A stretch of DNA of 64,000 bases from an uncultured delta proteobacterium (GTDB taxonomy: Bacteria; Myxococcota; Myxococcia; Myxococcales; Myxococcaceae): assembly GCA_963713045.1 (NCBI GenBank), contig CAVQKE010000003.1:992001-1056000 (forward strand). Reading direction: 5' to 3'. Shown piece by piece: positions 59,595-64,000 of the stretch; position 1 is the stretch's first letter; each line of letters begins with the position of its first letter. A model generated the notes under the pieces. That model was not told the origin of the DNA, searched no databases, and worked only from the letters and a program-made list of their open reading frames with translations. The position numbers and the translations under genes are program-made.

Positions 59595-60475
59595 GACGGC
59601 TGTGTGTGGCCGCGTCCCTTGCCCTTCTGGGGGCTTGTGCCAGCGCTCCCCCCGCACCCGAGGGCGTCTGTCACGCAACCCGGGCCGCCGGGGCAGACGT
59701 CCCCCCGGAAGCCTGGCTCTCGCTCTTGCTGCACAACTATGACCCCAAGACGCAGCATGTCATTGGCGCGCCCTTGGACTGCACCGGGACGCCCATTGCC
59801 TGGCAGGAAGCCGACGAGCAATGCGCTGTCCGAAGCGAGACCCTCCTTCCGCCGGGCCCCTTAACTGCCGGCTCGGTGGTCGCCGTCCCACTCGAAGAAA
59901 CGACGCGGTTGGTCTGGGTGCCCGTCCAGCGCTTTCCCGACGGCGACGCCCTGGGGGTGCTGGCGCGGGTGCAGGTCCGCGCCGACTCGCTGGTGGTGCT
60001 GGCGGTCGGCTCAGCGCGCGCCGGGCTTGACCGGACCCTCCTGAAGCTCGAGCGGCTCAACGACGTCGACCTGGCCATACTCGAGGGTGACCGGTGCGAC
60101 GGACCGGTGTGCCAGCGCTTTGCGCGGCTGATTCCGCAGCGCGGCCGGCGTTTCATCGCTGAGCCCCTCCGCACGCCGACTGGCGTCTGTGCCGGTCCTG
60201 CCTCCTTTGCCATCAAGCGCCAGCGAGAACAGTCCCTCCCGTCGGGGCTGCACCGCGTTTTTGAATTGGAGAGCACGCTTGCGTTCTCACCCACCCAGCT
60301 TCTCGTCCATGAGCAGCTCTTCGTGAAAGACCGCGACCCTCACCAGCCCCCCTCCCAAGCGCGGCTGTACCGGAGCGCCCAAGACGACCGGGTGGTGACC
60401 GCGACGTCTGACCGCCTGGTGGTCGACAAGCCATCCCTGTGGGCGCGCCTCTCGGAGTTCTCCGACGCGCACTGA
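59591..60475 (+). CDS. Cys-containing lipoprotein, last gene of the T6SS operon
   Basis: GTGA overlap with the fha-like gene; lipobox LLGAC; function not recognised. Confidence 0.7.
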   Translation: MRRLCVAASLALLGACASAPPAPEGVCHATRAAGADVPPEAWLSLLLHNYDPKTQHVIGAPLDCTGTPIAWQEADEQCAVRSETLLPPGPLTAGSVVAVPLEETTRLVWVPVQRFPDGDALGVLARVQVRADSLVVLAVGSARAGLDRTLLKLERLNDVDLAILEGDRCDGPVCQRFARLIPQRGRRFIAEPLRTPTGVCAGPASFAIKRQREQSLPSGLHRVFELESTLAFSPTQLLVHEQLFVKDRDPHQPPSQARLYRSAQDDRVVTATSDRLVVDKPSLWARLSEFSDAH

Positions 60476-60540
60476 CAACGCCCCTCCCAGAAGCGCTTAC
60501 CCCCAGGGCGTCTTTGGAAGAGTCACGCCGCGCCGCCGGG

Positions 60541-60546
60541 TATAAT
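60541..60546 (+). promoter_or_regulatory. possible sigma70 -10 element TATAAT upstream of the lytic transglycosylase gene
   Basis: Perfect TATAAT in a GC-rich intergenic region, 65 nt before ATG 60611. The -35 element is unclear. Confidence 0.4.
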
Positions 60547-60610
60547 TGTTGAGCAGCGCCTCGCCCGAGCCCTCGCTCGCGCCGAGGACCTCGGAGGAGA
60601 CGCAAGGACC

Positions 60611-62302
60611 ATGTCGGCCCGACCGAACGTTACCGTGCCGCTCTCGGGCGAAGAAAGCCAGCTGGTTCACGAGGCAGCCGAAGCCTTGGCCGTCCCGCCT
60701 GAGAAGCTTCTTGCCGCGGCGGCGGTGGCATTCGCTCGGCTATGCGGGTTCCGCAACACTGCCACCGCCTCGGCGCGTCGCGCACCCAATTGGGGGCCAC
60801 AGCCGGTCCCCGAAATCCCCGAGGCCATCCTCGAAGTCCCGCTGAACCCGGAATCTGCAGACCAAGTGGAAGCCGCCGCCGGGTACGTCCGGTGGGAGGG
60901 ACCGGACGGACCACTGCCCATCACCTTGTCCGAATATGTCGTCGGCGCGACGACCCGCCTCATCCGCGAGACGCGCAGCGAGGGTCCGCCACCCAGCTAC
61001 CGGGGCCTGGCGGAGCAGCTGTTTAACCTCGCCCCGCGGCCGCGCGGCGAGTCCGCCTTCCGGGCCTCGTTGGGCGGACCCACCACCTCCGCCGCAGAGA
61101 TACCCCTCCCCTTCGAGGCGCCAGCGGCCCCGATTCCGGTTCCCATCGAAGCGACGGCTCAAACCGTCGTGTCAGCCCCGAGACCGTCGCCACCTGTCGC
61201 CCCGCCGGTGACAAACCGGCCGGCGTACACGCTGCCCCGACCTGAGCGAACGGAACGCCCTGAGCGCCCTGAGCGCCCCAGCTACACCCTTCCGCGACGC
61301 GCACCCGCAGAGCGGGAGGCAGGGGACGTCGGCACGCGCAGGGAACGGGCCAGGGGTGGCGCGGCTTCGGCGGAGAAGGCGAGCCCCCGCGGTAGCGCGT
61401 TGCGTGGAAAGCCGACCGAGGCACGGACGCCGGCTCCAGTTGCGAAAGGCGCCGCCGAGCCGATGGTGTGGCTTCGCCAACATCCGCTCGTCGTGGGAGC
61501 GACGGCCGCCGGCGCGCTGCTGCTGGTTCTCTTGGCACTGGCCTATTCGTGGGCCACCGCGCCGCCCACGGCCCACCGGTCCGCTCCGAACTCGGCCGGA
61601 ACTCCCACCAGCCGTGCCATGGCCCCGCCGGCGCGGGCCGTTGACCCCCTGCGGCTGGACCCTCCGCCCAAAGACGGCGAGACCGCCGAACTGGCGCTCA
61701 AGCGCTGGGAAGACGTCGCCCCCGCTGGACCGGAGGTTCCGGCGACGCCCTTTCGGCGAAGCAAAAACCACGGAAAGAACATCGATGAGCTACTGAACGA
61801 GCGCTACGGACGCCCCAAGGTGTTGGCCGACGCCTCACTCAAACCAGAGGCCTACGACGCCGACATCGCCGAGGCGGTCGCAGACGTGGTGCACATCTAC
61901 CCCGTGCCACCAGCGCTGGTGAAAGCGGTCATCCGCCGGGAGTCCAACTTCAATCCCAATGCCGTGTCTCAGGTCGGGGCCATCGGCATGATGCAGCTCA
62001 TGCCCTACACAGCGAAGAAGGTCGGTCTTCAAGTTTCCGACCTCTGGGTGCCAAAGAAGAACATTCTCGGAGGGACCCGCCTTCTCTCGGCGTTGCTCCA
62101 GTATTACGAGGGAGACGTCATCAGCGTTCTGACGGCGTACAATGCCCGGCCCCGTGAGCCGCTGGCTCCGCTGCCGAAGAATGGGGAGACGCCGGAGTAC
62201 GTGGCAGCCGTCTTGCGCTTCTACGAGGAGTACACCGGCTCGCCCCTGCAGGAGCCTTCCCAAAGAAATCCGACCGATGCGCCTCTTCGGCCGGGGCCAT
62301 AG
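60611..62302 (+). CDS. membrane-anchored lytic transglycosylase (C-terminal SLT domain)
   Basis: AVIRRESNFNPNAVS..GAIGMMQLMP, AYNA and ETPEYV SLT motifs; a single TM helix; long N-terminal region. Confidence 0.88.
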   Translation: MSARPNVTVPLSGEESQLVHEAAEALAVPPEKLLAAAAVAFARLCGFRNTATASARRAPNWGPQPVPEIPEAILEVPLNPESADQVEAAAGYVRWEGPDGPLPITLSEYVVGATTRLIRETRSEGPPPSYRGLAEQLFNLAPRPRGESAFRASLGGPTTSAAEIPLPFEAPAAPIPVPIEATAQTVVSAPRPSPPVAPPVTNRPAYTLPRPERTERPERPERPSYTLPRRAPAEREAGDVGTRRERARGGAASAEKASPRGSALRGKPTEARTPAPVAKGAAEPMVWLRQHPLVVGATAAGALLLVLLALAYSWATAPPTAHRSAPNSAGTPTSRAMAPPARAVDPLRLDPPPKDGETAELALKRWEDVAPAGPEVPATPFRRSKNHGKNIDELLNERYGRPKVLADASLKPEAYDADIAEAVADVVHIYPVPPALVKAVIRRESNFNPNAVSQVGAIGMMQLMPYTAKKVGLQVSDLWVPKKNILGGTRLLSALLQYYEGDVISVLTAYNARPREPLAPLPKNGETPEYVAAVLRFYEEYTGSPLQEPSQRNPTDAPLRPGP

Positions 62303-62377
62303 CGGCCGGGCCGTCGCCACTTTGGTTGAGGGCCATCTCGCGCTGGAGTGAGGAAGGCGCGCCGTCGAAGCCCTTCG

Positions 62378-62590
62378 TTACGGAGTGAGCCGCTGGTCCG
62401 GAGCCACCGGGTTGTACGTCGGGGGGCTGCACTGGCACACCTTGCAACCCCGGCTCGAGTCGAAGGAGCACTGCGGTGCGGACATGCAGTGCAGCGAGGC
62501 GGACTCAGGACACAGACCCCCTCCCTCTTGATTCGAGACGGAGGCGCAGCTGGACGCGGCCAACGTGAGGAGAAGGAGGAGAACGCGCAC
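62378..62590 (-). CDS. small Cys-rich lipoprotein
   Basis: Signal peptide ending AASSC followed by six further Cys; GTG directly follows the PBP stop. Confidence 0.65.
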   Translation of the reverse strand: MRVLLLLLTLAASSCASVSNQEGGGLCPESASLHCMSAPQCSFDSSRGCKVCQCSPPTYNPVAPDQRLTP

Positions 62591-64000
62591 TTAGTTGGGG
62601 ACCTGCATGAATTGGTTGGGGTCCACAACCTTCTTGTCTGGCGTGGTTTCTTCCGGGGCGGTTCCCTTCTTGAACCACATCATCGCGGCCGTCTTGCTCG
62701 AGGGAGCCGCCAGCTTACCGGTGCGGGTGTCCACCAACTTCTTCTCCAACTCGAGTGACTCGGGGGGGCTGAATTCCGGCTCCGGCCGCCCCTCCACGGC
62801 GCGCTGCATGTAGCTCACCCAAATGGGCAGCGCTGCGCGCCCTCCCGTCTCGTAGCGCGACAGGGGATGCGGGTTCAGGTCGTACCCCACCCACGCCAGG
62901 CCGACCAAGTCATGCGTGAAGCCGACAAACCAGGCATCGAAGGAGTCATTGGTGGTGCCCGTCTTGCCCGCGGCCGGCTTGCCCAGCCGCTGAGCCGGAG
63001 CACCGGTCCCCTCCCGCACCACCCCGCGCAGCAAGTCCGTCAAGATGTACGCCGTCTCGCGCGTCATCACCTGCTCACCAGGCTCGTACAGACGTGCGTA
63101 GCCCGCGGCCATGCGTTCGGTGAGGCTCGCCCAGGGGTCGTCGTAGGCGGTGTGGTCCTCGAGCGTCCTTCCATAGCGGTCCTCGACGCGGCGGATGAAG
63201 TAGGTGGGCCGCTTGTTCCCCAGCCGGGCAAATGTTGCGTACACCTGGGCCAGTTCCCACGGGTAGACGCAGGAACTCCCCAGCGCGGCGGAAAAGTCGC
63301 GGTTCATCGGCGTCGAGAGGCCAAGCTTCTTGGCCCAAGCAGCCATCGGGTCGATACCGACGGCGACGAAGGTTTTCACCGCCGGAATATTCATCGAGTT
63401 GATGACCGCGGTGCGCAACAGCACATCGCCGTGGAAGTCCTCGGTGTAATTCTCCGGCTTCCAGCGGACTTGGTGTTCCGGGTCGTTCTCGACAATCGGG
63501 CTGTCGACGATGACTTGGGCCTCCGTCCAGTCGAGCTGCTCGATGGCGGCCGAGTACACCACTGGCTTGAAGCTGCTGCCTGGCTGGCGGCAGGCCTGAA
63601 AGGCGCGGTTGTACTCATTGGCATCGAAGTCGTACCCACCCACCATCGCCACCAGGTATTGGCGCCAGGGGTCGATGGAGACCAGGGCCCCTTGGAGCTC
63701 TGGCTCCTGCTCCAAACGGAAATAGAGACCCCCGTCGGGGAGCTTATCGGCCAGCGTCTTGTCGTATTGCTCCTTGTCGTCCCAGAGTTCCTTCTTCTTC
63801 ACCGCCCGCACCACCACCACGTCTCCAGGCTTGAGCACCCGCTTGAGCGAATTCATCATCGCGCCCGGGTAGTAGGCCTCCGGATTCACCTTGCGCGCCC
63901 AGCGCATGCCGAGCAGCGGCAACTGGCCCTGGTGGGGGCCCACTTGCACCGTGGCCGCGGTGCCATCGGCGTTGACCGCCGTCACCAGCCCCACGTAGTA
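62591..64000 (-). CDS. class A penicillin-binding protein (PBP1A family), 3' part
   Basis: RQPGSSFKP (SxxK), S.N (SMN) and KTGT motifs; NRAFQA. The 5' end lies beyond the window. Confidence 0.93.
   Translation of the reverse strand, partial: YYVGLVTAVNADGTAATVQVGPHQGQLPLLGMRWARKVNPEAYYPGAMMNSLKRVLKPGDVVVVRAVKKKELWDDKEQYDKTLADKLPDGGLYFRLEQEPELQGALVSIDPWRQYLVAMVGGYDFDANEYNRAFQACRQPGSSFKPVVYSAAIEQLDWTEAQVIVDSPIVENDPEHQVRWKPENYTEDFHGDVLLRTAVINSMNIPAVKTFVAVGIDPMAAWAKKLGLSTPMNRDFSAALGSSCVYPWELAQVYATFARLGNKRPTYFIRRVEDRYGRTLEDHTAYDDPWASLTERMAAGYARLYEPGEQVMTRETAYILTDLLRGVVREGTGAPAQRLGKPAAGKTGTTNDSFDAWFVGFTHDLVGLAWVGYDLNPHPLSRYETGGRAALPIWVSYMQRAVEGRPEPEFSPPESLELEKKLVDTRTGKLAAPSSKTAAMMWFKKGTAPEETTPDKKVVDPNQFMQVPN

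Noticed and set aside
61243..61279. 9-bp tandem repeat (GAGCGCCCT-like) as a CRISPR or phase-variable tract
   Set aside because: It is only about three to four in-frame units encoding ERP in a linker, with no spacers or cas genes.
1..64000. tRNA, rRNA, CRISPR array or prophage
   Set aside because: None was recognised by eye. The phage-tail-like genes are all explained by the T6SS. A covariance-model scan was not possible.

Overview
GC-rich myxobacterial-type (Myxococcota) chromosomal window. The left ~26 kb is mostly core genes: a tkt-tal-zwf-glk sugar-phosphate operon, YceI, a rhomboid-like protein, two MYXO-CTERM PA-domain metalloproteases with an upstream lipoprotein, ohr, tatBC, MFS, MCP, HDAC-family deacylase, methyltransferases, SDR and a Ser/Thr kinase. 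A truncated IS1182-family element at ~26.2-26.75 kb marks the start of a ~34 kb type VI secretion (T6SS) island. The island holds (i) TIGR02270; (ii) a leftward DUF2169 / PAAR-like DUF4150 / DUF6484 / thiolase-like adaptor / AHH-nuclease / Imm11 / Imm49 effector cassette; (iii) a rightward evolved VgrG followed by four small genes; and (iv) a canonical vgrG-tssJKLM-tagF-tssABC-hcp-tssEFGH-fha core whose hcp is frameshifted as given. A membrane-anchored lytic transglycosylase and a partial PBP1A gene end the window. The best candidate for an undescribed system is the evolved VgrG (33406-36789). Its C-terminus shows caspase/CHAT-like (clan CD) His-Cys protease motifs, and the four genes directly downstream resemble protease-inhibitor folds (three PepSY-like, one TIMP/NTR-like OB fold). 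This suggests a T6SS caspase-like protease effector with an inhibitor-type immunity array. All family assignments are by motif recognition by eye; no database searches were run.
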